The notes below the pieces were generated by a model. The model was not told where the DNA came from. It was given only the letters and a program-made list of their open reading frames with translations, and searched no databases. Positions 40,065-51,971 of a DNA stretch of 64,000 bases are shown here, piece by piece. Location: positions 37,596 to 101,595 of the IMG/VR virus record IMGVR_UViG_3300033148_004210, one strand, 5' to 3'. Every line of letters begins with the position of its first letter. Position 1 is the stretch's first letter. Source of the DNA: a virus. The translations under genes were made by a program, and so were the position numbers.

Positions 40065-40874
40065 TCATTTTTTCCTCCCAATATTTTTATCATAAATTTC
40101 CTTCATCTTCGTAGTTTCTACCCCAATATATCTCATAGTGGTCGTTACTGAATTATGCCCTAACAACCTGCTTAAAGTGGCAATATCACCGCCATTATTT
40201 ATAAACATGGTAGCAAAGGCATGACGAAACAAATGACATCTAAATTTTATTTTTTTAAAATAAGGTCTGGCTTTTTCAAAAATTCCTCCTAATCCACCAC
40301 TTCTAATATTGAAAGCATTTGTTTCTTCACTTTCCCCTGCAAAATATCTTTGTAAAATTTCGCTAACTTCTTTTGTAAAAAATACTATTCTTTCTTTTTT
40401 CCCCTTCCCATAAATCTTTGCTGTTCTTAATTTTAAATCAATATGTTCTCGTCTTAAATTATTAAATTCGGCTCGTCTTATACCCGTATAAAACATAAAA
40501 TATAATATTGCTTTTATTTTTAATGGGTTTTCAAAAATACATTCTACAACAGGTATAACTTCTTTTTTAAAAAATTCTTCGTTAATACTATCGGGTAAAA
40601 TTTTATCTAATTTTAATAATTTAGGAATAACAATATCTTTCTTCAAAAATTTAAGGAAAGAAGCTATAACTGCCCTATAATTATTGATTGTGGAGGGTTT
40701 ATTATCTGTTCTCATATCTAAAAGAAATTGGGCTATATTTTCTGCGTTAAAATCGCCAACTTTAATTTTTTTTAGGACTTTTTCAATTTTATTAGTATGA
40801 TTTAATATAGTTAAAGCAGATGAACCATTTACTAATAAATAATTTTTATATTTTTCCATTATTTTAGATTGCAT
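40065..40874 (-). CDS. Tyrosine recombinase (XerC/D-like)
   Basis: YTGIRRAE, GKGKKER, HLFRHAFAT, LLGH..V.TT.RY catalytic residues. Confidence 0.92.
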   Translation of the reverse strand: MQSKIMEKYKNYLLVNGSSALTILNHTNKIEKVLKKIKVGDFNAENIAQFLLDMRTDNKPSTINNYRAVIASFLKFLKKDIVIPKLLKLDKILPDSINEEFFKKEVIPVVECIFENPLKIKAILYFMFYTGIRRAEFNNLRREHIDLKLRTAKIYGKGKKERIVFFTKEVSEILQRYFAGESEETNAFNIRSGGLGGIFEKARPYFKKIKFRCHLFRHAFATMFINNGGDIATLSRLLGHNSVTTTMRYIGVETTKMKEIYDKNIGRKK

Positions 40875-41413
40875 TTAATATCTCCCCTACTCCTTTATCA
40901 TTTCCTTTATTTGTTATTTCTATCATCATTAAAAACAATTCTGCCACAGATTTAAGCCCAGAATTTCTATCTATTTTATTATCATTAGTAAGCACCATTT
41001 TTGCTTTTTTATCCCTAACTAATTCTATAAACCCCAAATTTAATTGAGAGGAATTTACATACCCCCATGCTTCTTTTTCTATATTTTTTTCCTTTTTATC
41101 TATGAGAGATTTAATATATGTTCTATATTTTTTACTAAAAGGTTTTGTTCTTTTTTTAGTTAAATGATTTTGTAAATAATAAACACTTTCTGTTTTCATT
41201 TTTTTAGATATTTTAATTATTTTCATTTTGTAACTCCTTTTTATATTTTTGGTTTTGAATTCTATGTTTATGTGCATATCCATTACATTTTATACACAAT
41301 TTAGCATTATAATTACCTAATTTTTTACCGCAATTTTTACATACAGGAAATTGACAACATTTTCCATGTATAAAAGCGTTTGATAACTTACCTTTCCTTC
41401 CTGTTAATGAAGT

Positions 41414-42568
41414 CTATTCACTTTTTAATTCCTCTATTAAATTTCTTCCTTGAGAAGTTATTATTCTCCCTCTCGGAGTTCTTGCTATAAATTCTTTCCT
41501 TACTAAAAAAGGTTCTACAAAATATTGGTAAGTTAAATTATCCGTATTTAATATTTGGGTTAAAGTGCTTGACCCAACAGGGTTACTTTGTTTTGATAGA
41601 TAGGTCAATAGAGTTATATCTTTTTCTGTTATACCTCCTTTGCGGATTTTGAGGTTTTCCATTTTTTGAATAGCGACTTCTCTATTTATCTTGTTGATAT
41701 TTTTGAATTTAGCATAATAATATATATTATCCAGCAACCCTAATGCCAATCTCGGAGTTTGTCGGCTTCTTGAAGCAATTTCTATCAAGGCATCAGGCGT
41801 AAATTCTAACTCTCTTTTTTTAGCTTGATTATTTATGATTGTTGCCAATTCTTCGTTAGAATAAGGTCTTAAAATAAATTGTTGTTTACATCTATCTACT
41901 AACGGACTTAATTTTTTAGTTAATAATCCCAAATCTGTCGTAGCCCCTGCTAAAGTAAAATAGGGAATAGGTTTATTTGAGACTTTAAATAATTGAACAG
42001 CAGGTAGTAATAATTCTCCTACTTCTTTTTTTAATCCATGGATTTCGTCAATAAAAATTATGGAGTAAGGGGGTTCTTTTCTTAATTGAGAGAATAATTT
42101 ATAAATATCGTCAGGTTTTTCTAAATTTCCTGCGATTGTTTCAATTAAATGCAAATTACTTTGTTCTGCAAGTAAATGTATGAGAGCCGATTTTCCGTAA
42201 CCTGCATTACCGCTTATCAAAATATGGGGATAAGGAATAGTATTGTCATTTTTAATTGCTTGTAATGTTTCTTTTATAGTGTCCTTCGTTGTTTCCTGAC
42301 CAATATATTTTTCCCAAACTTTTGGTTCAGTATCTAATTTATTTTCTTTTCTTTCTACGAAAAATCCATATTTTTCTAAGTTTTCGTGAGGACTTGTGAG
42401 TTCAACTTTAATCGGTTTTTCCTTTGTTTCTTCTTCCATAACTTCGTTCCCCGTATTATCTTCTAATATAGAATTAAAAGAAGTTATTGTTAAATTTTTC
42501 TTAAATTCAGAAAAAAACTTAACTGTTGCGTATGCTATTATACCAAGAATTATTAAAAGAATTATCAT
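41414..42568 (-). CDS. ruvB: RuvB-like branch-migration AAA+ ATPase with an N-terminal transmembrane segment
   Basis: YIGQ, GNAGYGKS, IFIDEIH, FTLAGATT..G.L..PL.DR, SRQTPR.A, EPFL....I.RTPRGR; N-terminus MIILLIILGIIAYATVKFF. Confidence 0.85.
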   Translation of the reverse strand: MIILLIILGIIAYATVKFFSEFKKNLTITSFNSILEDNTGNEVMEEETKEKPIKVELTSPHENLEKYGFFVERKENKLDTEPKVWEKYIGQETTKDTIKETLQAIKNDNTIPYPHILISGNAGYGKSALIHLLAEQSNLHLIETIAGNLEKPDDIYKLFSQLRKEPPYSIIFIDEIHGLKKEVGELLLPAVQLFKVSNKPIPYFTLAGATTDLGLLTKKLSPLVDRCKQQFILRPYSNEELATIINNQAKKRELEFTPDALIEIASRSRQTPRLALGLLDNIYYYAKFKNINKINREVAIQKMENLKIRKGGITEKDITLLTYLSKQSNPVGSSTLTQILNTDNLTYQYFVEPFLVRKEFIARTPRGRIITSQGRNLIEELKSE

Positions 42569-43544
42569 TTTAATTATTTTCCTTTTTTAGTTTTTAACTT
42601 CTCTTGCCTTAATTAAAGTTTTTTCGCCTTGTGTAAATAAGGGGTCTATATTTAAGGGTATATTTATCATTTTATCTTCTCCTTCTTCGGTTTTTTTCTT
42701 CTTTTCTGATAGCAACCAATGTTACTTTTTTATCTTCCAATAATTTTTTAAATTCTTTATAGACTATACGAAAGTCGGTTACTATAAGCTGTTTTAATTC
42801 GAGGTCTTTTTTATAATTAATAAAAAATGTAATATTTTTAAGGGTTTCATTATTGGATATTTTCCCTTTTGTTTTCATGTTTTTTCCTTTCTAATTTATA
42901 TATATTCCTGTAAGTATCCCTGTGATAAAAAATAATAAACTTCCTATCACTAAATATACAAATCTTACTCTCCTTAAACTTTCTATTTCAGTTAAGGACA
43001 TCAATATTCCACCCATTATAAAAAGTAAAAGAGAAATTATTAGTTGCATATTATGTTTTTAATTCTCCATTTTCATCATCAAATTCTTCGCAATATTTAC
43101 ATAGTTTTTCATCAATTCGTGAGGCGTAACGATTTTTAAATTCTTCACCACATCTAAAACACTTGAAAGTTTTAATATTCTTTTCCCCCATTTGGTTTAC
43201 CTTCTTTTTTTATATTTTATCTACTGTCCATGTATCAATTTCTAAAGTATGAGAATAGTCCAGATGATTATTTAAGTATTCTCCTTCTCCATTTTCTACT
43301 TTTGTGATAGCTTCTTTTTTGTTTTTCGCTTTTATTTCCACTCCTTGCACATGGACTTCTCTTACATTAACGATAAAATTAGTCATTATTTACTCCTTTC
43401 CATTTATTATCGCGGTTAATTCATCTATGCAAACACACTCAACCCACCCGTCATTTTCATTAGGGTCAGTAAGTATTTTCCCAATTATAAGGATTATGAT
43501 ATTCATACCAAAATATTTTACATTTCATATTATGCACCTCTCTT

Positions 43545-43584
43545 TTGTCACAAAAAATATATACTTTTTGTGACAAGATGTCAA
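43545..43584 (-). promoter_or_regulatory. Promoter TTGACA-N17-TATATT overlapped by a perfect 12-bp inverted repeat (operator)
   Basis: TTGTCACAAAAA (43545-43556), N8, TTTTTGTGACAA (43565-43576); -35 at 43579-43584. Confidence 0.7.
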
Positions 43585-44514
43585 GCCTTTTCTTTGACTT
43601 CTTCTATCGTCCACTCACCATATTCCAAAAGCCAATTCAACCTTGCCTCATCATCTTTTAATGTAGCAAGAAATTCAAATATGTCTTTATAAGGAGTATC
43701 TTTTCCGTCGTCTTTTACTCCAGAATAATCGTTGTCATGATAAACTGCCAATTCATCTAAAATTTCTTTTTTAGAATTAAACACTTGTCCACTAATAAAT
43801 TCTGCAATATTATCTCTTATTTTATATTTCATTTCATATCTCCTTTACTATTTCTCTTTCCCCTGTGTTTTTGTTTAAAATATATGCTTTCTTAATTCCT
43901 TCTTTCTCGGCTATATCAAGCACATAATCCTGTGCTTCTGGTCTTTTGGTAAAATTCTTACTTACCACTTTACCGTCTTTTTTTAATATAGCTACTCTAA
44001 ACATTATTCCTCTACTTCGACCTCTTGTTGATTGATATTTTGCCAGGCTAAATGTCCTTTTCTTTTACAATTCGGACAAATTTCTTCTCCCAATTCAACA
44101 GTTCCTTCCCACTCACACCAACAACATTTCACTAAATTTTTTGTTTCCATAGTTATCCTTTTTATAATTGGTAAGTAGCCCTTATGTTCTAATTTCAAAA
44201 TTTCTCGGCACAACCCCACCTGCTTTAATAAATATAACCCGTTTTTCGGCTCTCGCAAAAGGATTTTTTATTGCTTCAATTAAATTCCAAACATTATTGC
44301 TTCCGTCAGTTCTTATTCTCCATTTCATCTGTTCAATTTCATCTTCCTGTATCAGCTTCAATATTTTTTCATCTTGTTCTTCCGTATCAAACTCTACTTG
44401 TAAACCTTCTTGACAAAGAGGACACTCCAAATCTAAATCTTCCGTTGTCCTTTTAAACCACCCACATTTTAAACATCTATATTCTTTATTCATTTTTATT
44501 GTCCTCTACTATAT

Positions 44515-44544
44515 AGTATACCATAAAACTACCCACCAGAGCAA
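44515..44544 (-). promoter_or_regulatory. Promoter TTGCTC-N18-TATACT
   Basis: TTGCTCtggtgggtagttttatggTATACTatatag. Confidence 0.7.
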
Positions 44545-44811
44545 ATTTATTTTTTTATTTCAAGTGCATTAAACCTTTTGTCAAACCTTTTGAATGGTTA
44601 TCATCAAACCAATGCCATATTTTAAATTTATCTGTCCCTTTTTTCCAAATATGAAAATCGGTATCAATTTTATCGTTATCGTCTAAACATATATTGCCAA
44701 ATTCTTTCCATAATTTTTCTATTTGTTTATCAGAAAATTTTTCTTTTCTAACTCTTTTCGGAGGATATTCTCCCCAAATTCCACCGCCAAATGTTTCCGC
44801 TTTATTTGCTG

Positions 44812-45288
44812 TCATTTTACACCTTTTAATTTGTAGAAATTATCAAACCATTTTATATATTTATCAATACCTTTTTCTCCATAAACCTTATAAATATATT
44901 CATATGCTTTATTATGTAATTGAGTATGTTTACTTCTTGTTAATTTCAAAGTTTTACCGCCATTTTGTCTTAAATATATATGATGTTTTATAACATTGAA
45001 TTTATCAGTTTTATACATAGGATTATTCTTGCTTTTCTTCGCACAACTTTTACATCTTTTAGCCCTATTATCAAGAGTTTTATTACAATTTATACAATAT
45101 CGTTTAATATATCTACACCTTTTGCCATGTTTATAATTATGATGTCTTTTTCCCCTTCGGCAACAAGATTTACATAATCCTGATTTTACTTTCCCACCTA
45201 TAAGTTTATTGCAGGATTTACATTTTTTCTTATGTTCTTTATAATATTTTTTTAAATATCGTCGTTCTTTTTGTTTATTTTTGAACAT
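44812..45288 (-). mobile_element. Cys-rich HNH-like homing endonuclease
   Basis: CxxC repeats, G..H.NYKHG and KNNPMY (NUMOD-like), KHHI....N....L....H..LH. Confidence 0.65.
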
Positions 45289-46185
45289 AATTTATTCTCC
45301 AAATTGCTTTAAGATTTTTCCTTCTTTAGATATATACCCCTGTTTTATCAGTTCTTTTGCAGGTCTACCGTATATACTTCCTTGTAACTCCCACGCTTGC
45401 CCTGTCCTTATAAGCTCTGCAAATAAGGTCAAAGTATCTTCAACAGGTAATTCTCCGCTTTCGTATGACAAGAGTAAGTTTATAATATTAGTTTTTTTAT
45501 TCATTTTAATTATTTTCCCTTCTACTATTTATTATACCCTATTTTTTAACAATATTATATCCGCTTTCGCTCTGTTGTTTTTCGCCTTTTCTAAAGGAAT
45601 ATTTTATACCTTCTTTTGCCTCTTGCTTTAACATATCCTCCAATACCGCTAATTTTGCCTCGTATCGGGCTTTCTTATCGGGAGTAACCCCTTTCTTATT
45701 GATAACATTTTTAGTTAGTCTAATCCTGTTTTTAATGCTCTTTTTCATTTCGTCCCCACTTTTTTAATAAGGTATTCGCCTAATTCTTTTACCCACCCAA
45801 TACTTTTACCCAAACATATAACTTCTCCGTTAGGCATAACTACAACTTCCAAATTACATAATGTTATTTCTTTAGGTGCTTTTTTCATTTTATTTTCTCC
45901 TTTTTTAATATCCGTAAATTTCTCCCATTTCTTTAACTTTTGATTTTAAAATTCTATAATAATCTTCTTCGTTAAATTCTTCCCAAGATTTTTGATTAAA
46001 AGGTTCATATCCTAATAATCTAACTATCGTCTTTAAATCTTTTAATGGTATTTTATTTATTCTTTCCATTTTATTTCCTTCTTCCTTATTGTATAAGTAA
46101 GTCAAGGGGGTTGTTTTTAAATCCGCTTTATCCTTGTTTTGCGATAGCTGATTAAACTATCCTTCACCTTCTTACCTACATATAT

Positions 46186-46215
46186 AGTATACCACAAATC
46201 ACTTCACCAGAGCAA
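46186..46215 (-). promoter_or_regulatory. Promoter TTGCTC-N18-TATACT
   Basis: TTGCTCtggtgaagtgatttgtggTATACTatatatg; near copy of the 44515 promoter. Confidence 0.7.
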
Positions 46216-46465
46216 ATTTATTTGTTAATTTTCTATTCATTTGAAATCCCCAATGTCGTTAATTCATCACCAAGTTTTGCTTGTTTATGTCCGAACATAT
46301 CACACTTCCTAATTTCCTTTAAGTTATATTCTCGTTTTAAATCCGCAATTGTTCCTCTAACTAAAATGTTATTCTGAAAAAATTTCATATCTCCTATATA
46401 AATACATCCCCCATATATAGGATAATCGTCTGGTAATAATGTTTCACAAGATAACAATAAGTGTT

Positions 46466-46882
46466 TCATTTTATACTTTCTTTCCATGTTTTAATAACAG
46501 TTTTTCGCCCTTTGATTTTGTCTTTTTCCCCATATAAGCCACACAATTTTTCGCCCTTTAAATTATATAATGCTCGCGGATATGCTTTATTATATACAGG
46601 TATTATATTATGTTCTTTTAATATCTCCGTTTCTAAAGTTTTGAATTTTTCACCATGTCCCATATAATTATGTTTATCAACCATTACAAAGTGGCAAATT
46701 TCATGTATAAAATAATAATACCCGTATTCCTTTACACCTTCCAAAGCCCAAAATGGTATAGTGATTTTCCGCGTTCTGTGCCTCGCCCTGCCTCGTTCTA
46801 CTTGTCGGACTTGTATATCAATGGGTTTAAGGCAAAACCGTCTTATTAAGTAATTAGCTAACTCTCTTAATTCTTTTATCAT
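46466..46882 (-). CDS. SprT/YgjP-like zinc metalloprotease
   Basis: RGRA, IHEICH, GHG..F. Confidence 0.7.
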   Translation of the reverse strand: MIKELRELANYLIRRFCLKPIDIQVRQVERGRARHRTRKITIPFWALEGVKEYGYYYFIHEICHFVMVDKHNYMGHGEKFKTLETEILKEHNIIPVYNKAYPRALYNLKGEKLCGLYGEKDKIKGRKTVIKTWKESIK

Positions 46883-46893
46883 GGCATTTTCCT

Positions 46894-47118
46894 TTATTTA
46901 CACAACGGACATATCCAATTTGCTTTAATTTCTTTGGTATACAATTCGGGATTATCCGTTCTTATCCCATACTTGCCTGTATAATGCTTTTTGCATATCC
47001 TACATTTCAAGTTTATTCTTATTATAGGGGTAACAGTCGTCAATTTGTTTTTCGAGCCAACAGGACGTCCTCTACGCTTTTTATTCGTGCTTCCAAAAGG
47101 TCTACCTCTTTTTGCCAT
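46894..47118 (-). CDS. Small AT-hook + zinc-ribbon protein
   Basis: Two (K/R)RGRP.GS.NK motifs; CRIC...CPLC. Confidence 0.6.
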   Translation of the reverse strand: MAKRGRPFGSTNKKRRGRPVGSKNKLTTVTPIIRINLKCRICKKHYTGKYGIRTDNPELYTKEIKANWICPLCK

Positions 47119-48503
47119 TTTTCACCTTTCCTATCCAGTTATTCTTTTCTTTACCTTTATACTCCGTCGGCATAAGGCATTTTATACAAACCCCTTTTTT
47201 AATTTCTCCGTTGCAGTATTTACAAGTTTTCTTTTCCATTTTATTTATTTCCATTTCTATTTCCTGTAACCTGTCTATTCCTTTCGGCAATATCCAAGTA
47301 TTTTCTTATTTTATATGCTCTCTCGATAATCAACCCCATAGCATTTTTATTATTCAGTTTACCTTCTCTTTTAACTTCGAGTATACCTAATTCAAAAATT
47401 GTCATTTTATCTTCTCCTTACTTTTGGTAATTCTAACAAATTTTAATACGCGGATATAATACCGCCCTCTCTTGACCTTTTCGTGCCTAATGCTTCCCAA
47501 TTAGTATCTCCGTCGGGATATATTTCGTCGTTTAAATCATTATCGTTTTCTATGTTTTTATATACTCTTACACAAGCTGAACCTAATTCATGCAATTTTT
47601 TCGCCTTATTACCCGTAATTTCACTCGAAAAGTCGGAAGCAAAAATACTACCGCGTAAACCTCCACCCAAGTAATTACACCCTGCCCCGAATTTGCTCGG
47701 TAAAAAGCCCTCATTGACTTCAAAAACTCTTGCCACATCATTACCCCAAAATCCAATTCCACCGCCTCTACCGCCAATGTCGCAATAAATTTTCCCGATA
47801 CCTAAATTTTTTAAGTCCTCATAAGTTTTTACTTTTTTTAATTCTTTAATTTTTATCATTTTATTTGCCTTCCTTTTCTAATACATCTGCCCATTGTAAT
47901 AACTCTAAATCATTTTTATCAATATATTGTGATAAACTCCACAATTCTGTAATTTCGCTATAACTTATATTTTCATTTTTAATTTGTTCTCTTAAATATT
48001 CTAATCTTTTTGCCATTTTTCACCTTTCCTTCTTTTTTAAATATCCTCTATACTCCCCCCAATAATAATCATTTATTGTTTCCAATGTTCCAAACTTATG
48101 TCCTCTATGAATAACCCCGTATCCTTTAATTCCGAAAATATTACCTTCCCTATCAACCATATATTTTCCTGAATTAGCAGTATCTATTCTAAAATATTTT
48201 TTTCCTTCCTTTATAGATACTCGGCTCGCGTTTATATTCGCCTCGCAAGATAACTTATCCCGATATAATCTCTCTATCTGTTCCTTCTCCAATAATTCCC
48301 CGAATTTTTGTAATTTTTCTTTTAAGTTATCCATTATATTTGCCTTCCTCATTATCTATTTTATCCAAAAAATCGTTTATCTCCATAGCCAAACCGTCAT
48401 TATAATCTCCGTCTACTTCTGCCCGATAATCTTGCAATTTTTCCGACGCTTCCCGTAATAATTTTATAGCTTTTTTTATGTTCATTATCTTACCTCCATA
48501 TAT

Positions 48504-48532
48504 AGTATACCATATCGAAATCGTTTTGTCAA
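48504..48532 (-). promoter_or_regulatory. Promoter TTGACA-N17-TATACT
   Basis: TTGACAaaacgatttcgatatggTATACTatatatggagg. Confidence 0.8.
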
Positions 48533-48543
48533 GACCTATATAA

Positions 48544-48939
48544 TCAGCTTTTGGTATTCTTAACATATAAGTGTTTATCAAGTGTATCGTGATTATCTTT
48601 TTTAGTATTGATATATATAGTAACAAGGTTTTTTTCTTTACTAATTACAAGGCATAAGTCAAAAAACCCCTCAAAATCAATCCTGTAAACCGCTTTCAAA
48701 ATTTCGCCTTTGTCGTCTGCGTAATACTCGAAAACGTCGCTTGCGGATAGTGTCAAGCCCTTTATATGCAAAAGTATAGCCCTATTATCAACCGCCCTGT
48801 GTTTTATGTTATCCAAAGCATGAGCCGAATACTTCCACGCAATATCGTTTAATTTATCGGTAAAGTTTTGAATTTTTGCCTTACTATCTATTGGCATATA
48901 TACTTTTTTGTGAAAGCGTTTCATTTTTGTAACTCCCAT
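48544..48939 (-). CDS. Phage protein, DUF4258/RelE-like fold candidate
   Basis: YS.HA......R, VFE, K.V.R, D..LV......VT.Y.N...D.H.TL...Y. Confidence 0.45.
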   Translation of the reverse strand: MGVTKMKRFHKKVYMPIDSKAKIQNFTDKLNDIAWKYSAHALDNIKHRAVDNRAILLHIKGLTLSASDVFEYYADDKGEILKAVYRIDFEGFFDLCLVISKEKNLVTIYINTKKDNHDTLDKHLYVKNTKS

Positions 48940-49135
48940 ATATATTGATATTCCGCACTTTTTAAAATTTCCGTCATCATATAATTGATAGTCCTATTCA
49001 CAACCCATATATTATAAAAATACAATGCTATGATAATCGTTATGCTTATTGTAAAAAGTATTTTATATCGTTTCAATATAGTCATTTTATATTTTTTCCT
49101 ATATTATATAATCCATTTTGTAATTTTTCATATTG

Positions 49136-49202
49136 TCATATAGCAACCCGAAATCTAACTTTTTAAATTCCTAAAAATAACTAACTTTCGCAAATTCCTA
49201 AC
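49136..49202. repeat. ~65-bp intergenic repeat, copy A (contains CTAACTTT twice)
   Basis: Matches 51068..51134; partial third copy at 53037..53062. Confidence 0.8.
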
Positions 49203-49390
49203 ACTTTGTTATACTTGAAACCCACCCATAATAATACTTATCTGTATTTTTTTCTAAAATTTCAGTATATCCAAAACATACATGGAAATATTGTTTTCCG
49301 TTTCGTGGCAACCTTCGCCACCCCCATTTTTTACTGATTTTTTTCGCTTCGTTTTTTGTTATTTCCATTTTTTCGCCTTCCTTTCGAGTT

Positions 49391-49460
49391 TCCTTACCCT
49401 TCGTCCTTCCTTCCGCTTTTCGCCCGTTTTTACCCTATAAAATCACAAAATCCACCCTAT
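49391..49460. repeat. ~70-bp pyrimidine-rich intergenic repeat, copy A
   Basis: cgtccttccttccg...ccgtttttaccctataaaatc.caaaat...ccctat also occurs at 51221..51291. Confidence 0.8.
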
Positions 49461-50313
49461 TTTTTAACTTGTCTGATGTCCTGTCCTTTTAACTTTTTAC
49501 CATTACAACTGCATAAAAATTCAGTTTTATGTCCGCAGTTTTGAATTATAAAATTTTCAACCCAAACTTGCAAACTATAATCAAACCCATTTTTGACAAA
49601 ACCGTCTATTTCCATGTTGTTAGAGTATCTCATAATTTTTTACCTCCAAAAAAGTCGCGTTTATAGCCTTCTCTTGCCACGTTTTCGGGCAAGGCATACT
49701 AAACCTTACCCTTTTCGTATTCAAACCGAATTTTATATCTTTTGATATTCGTTAATGTAAAGCTGAAATTGCCCCACTTTACCAATGGCATATCCCAACC
49801 CTTTTCTAACTTTTGTTAGTAATTGCCTGAAAGTTAAAGCTCCCTCGCCTTCGCTTCCAAACCCACTACTGTCTACAAAATAAGTATTGACTTTTTGCCA
49901 ACCCTTCGGGATATAATCCCCTAACCGCTTACAACCTCTCACGCCTTCATCACAATTCTTTTTTGCAACATAAAGCTCAAGCCCTTCGTTTTCCGCTTCC
50001 TTCGTTGCCTTCTTATTCATGGCGATAATTTGTTTTATACTATACATTTTTTTTACCCCCTTTTTTACTTTTCATCTTTATCTTTACTTCCTGATATACT
50101 TTTCAATTCCTTTTCAAACTTTTCGAGCTTTTCTTTTCGGCTCATTGTAAGTCCTTCTTTTTTTTTTATTCTGCTGTGTATCCGTCAAACCAATTTTTAC
50201 CTTGCGTATCCTCCCGTTGACAATGTTTTTGAGCTTCTTTTAAAGTAAGCCCTATTTTTATAACTTTATTACCGCCTTCAAAAATAAATCGGATTATTTT
50301 GTATTTTTTCATT

Positions 50314-50688
50314 TTACCCCCTCCAATTTTTTAACTCTTGCCTTGCAAAATTATCTGCCCGTATTTCAAAAGCACAACTATCGTGATATTGGCTACTTTG
50401 ATAATATCGAATTGTATCAAAAGACTTCAATTCGTCTTTTAGTATATCCTTATCAATAGCATGTTTTATTTCGTGCAACAATGCCAGTATATATAGGTAT
50501 TGTTTACTTTGTATATTCAACCGTTTTTGTAACGTCCCCGTGCCTATTGCTTTATATCCGAAATGTATAAAATCAATATCAACCCTATAATTACATAGCT
50601 GTCCGTCAATATCAAACTCAATTCGAGTATTAAGATTATACTTTTTTTTATAATGTGTAAAAATTTTTTCAAGTTTTTTTGCGTTCAT
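50314..50688 (-). CDS. HExxH zinc metallopeptidase-like protein
   Basis: LLHEIKH...FEIRADNFA. Confidence 0.65.
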   Translation of the reverse strand: MNAKKLEKIFTHYKKKYNLNTRIEFDIDGQLCNYRVDIDFIHFGYKAIGTGTLQKRLNIQSKQYLYILALLHEIKHAIDKDILKDELKSFDTIRYYQSSQYHDSCAFEIRADNFARQELKNWRG

Positions 50689-51003
50689 TTTACTTCCCTG
50701 TATTTTTCAACCCTTTTACCTCATACCAATTTTTTATCTTCTATATTTTGTAACCATTTTTCGTAATTTTTTAAATACTTCTGTCTGATAGATATGGGTA
50801 TATCTTTTATCAAAGAATTATCTACATCTATAATTGATATAATATCTTTTATAGCTTGACTTGTTTTAAAAGTATATTCACTTGTTGCAAATAATTTTTC
50901 AAAATCGTTGCGATATTCTAATTTTTCTCCCGATTTTTCTAAATACTTTACATCTTGTAATAATTCTTTTTTTAAATTTTCCATTTTTTATCCCTCCATA
51001 TAT

Positions 51004-51032
51004 AGTATACCATATTCAGAAGTTTTTTACAA
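51004..51032 (-). promoter_or_regulatory. Promoter TTGTAA-N17-TATACT
   Basis: TTGTAAaaaacttctgaatatggTATACTatatatggagg. Confidence 0.7.
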
Positions 51033-51067
51033 GGTCTATATAGTAACTTTTTTATATCTTAACTTTA

Positions 51068-51134
51068 TCATATAGTAACTCAAAATCTAACTTTTAAAAT
51101 TCTTAAAAATAACTAACTTTCTTGTATTCCTAAC
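51068..51134. repeat. ~65-bp intergenic repeat, copy B
   Basis: Matches 49136..49202. Confidence 0.8.
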
Positions 51135-51220
51135 GCCACTTATTTTTCCGACCTTAACCTTGACCGCTTGTTTTACCTTGAAAACCGCCAATTTAGGCTC
51201 GCCTTGACTTCTTTTCTGCC

Positions 51221-51291
51221 TTCCTAACCTTCCGTCCTTCCTTCCGTTTTCCGTCCGTTTTTACCCTATAAAATCGCAAAATTTGCCCTAT
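51221..51291. repeat. ~70-bp pyrimidine-rich intergenic repeat, copy B
   Basis: Matches 49391..49460. Confidence 0.8.
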
Positions 51292-51971
51292 CTTATGCGG
51301 AGTATACTTCCAACCAATACAAGCCCAAACTTTTAAAAATCGTTAAACCGCCAAAATCCTCCAAAAATCTCTTGACTTCTTTTATGCTTAATCTTAACCG
51401 CTTGACTATAAGCCGATTATTGTATACCGTTTTTTGCCCGTTTTGCCCTATGCAAACGCCACGCCTTACGCCTTCCGTATAAAATACCGCCTTTTCACCT
51501 TCCGCAAATAATCGCCTTATGCCTTCCGTCAATTTTGCCCTTGTTTTATACTTAATGAGTATTATGTTATCCGCATATACCTTGCCCGAATTATCAAGCC
51601 AAAAACCTTTTGCCCTTGTTTTTCTTTTTGCTATTTTGTAAAGTGTATACATGATAATCCTTTTGTTATAACTTCGGATAATTTTTTGATAACCCTTTTA
51701 AACATAAAATCCCGTTAAAAATCTCCAACCCTTGTTTTTTTAATGTCCTCAATTCTTTAATCCGTAAAGCTATCCGTTGACGTTGCCTTGCCCGTTTAAT
51801 TTGCCTTGCCCATTTTTTATCCCTTGTATACTTCATTTTGTTTTTCCTTCTTTGTATAACTTTAATTCTTTTTTAACTTCATCAAAATCCGCTAATAAGT
51901 GATAATATTTTATAATAGTTTTAGCATTTTTTAAAGCCCAAAAACAAGCCTCGTATTTGTTTAATAGTTTA

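Noticed and set aside
49640-49730. Bulged hairpin between early genes as a riboswitch or ribozyme
   Set aside because: A stem is plausible, but I recognise no conserved core; an Rfam search would be needed.
43304-50248. Numerous plus-strand ORFs in the early region (and minus-strand ORFs at 54872, 55385, 62113, 62310, 62767)
   Set aside because: Phe/Ile/Ser-rich antisense shadows of real genes, with no RBS or motifs.
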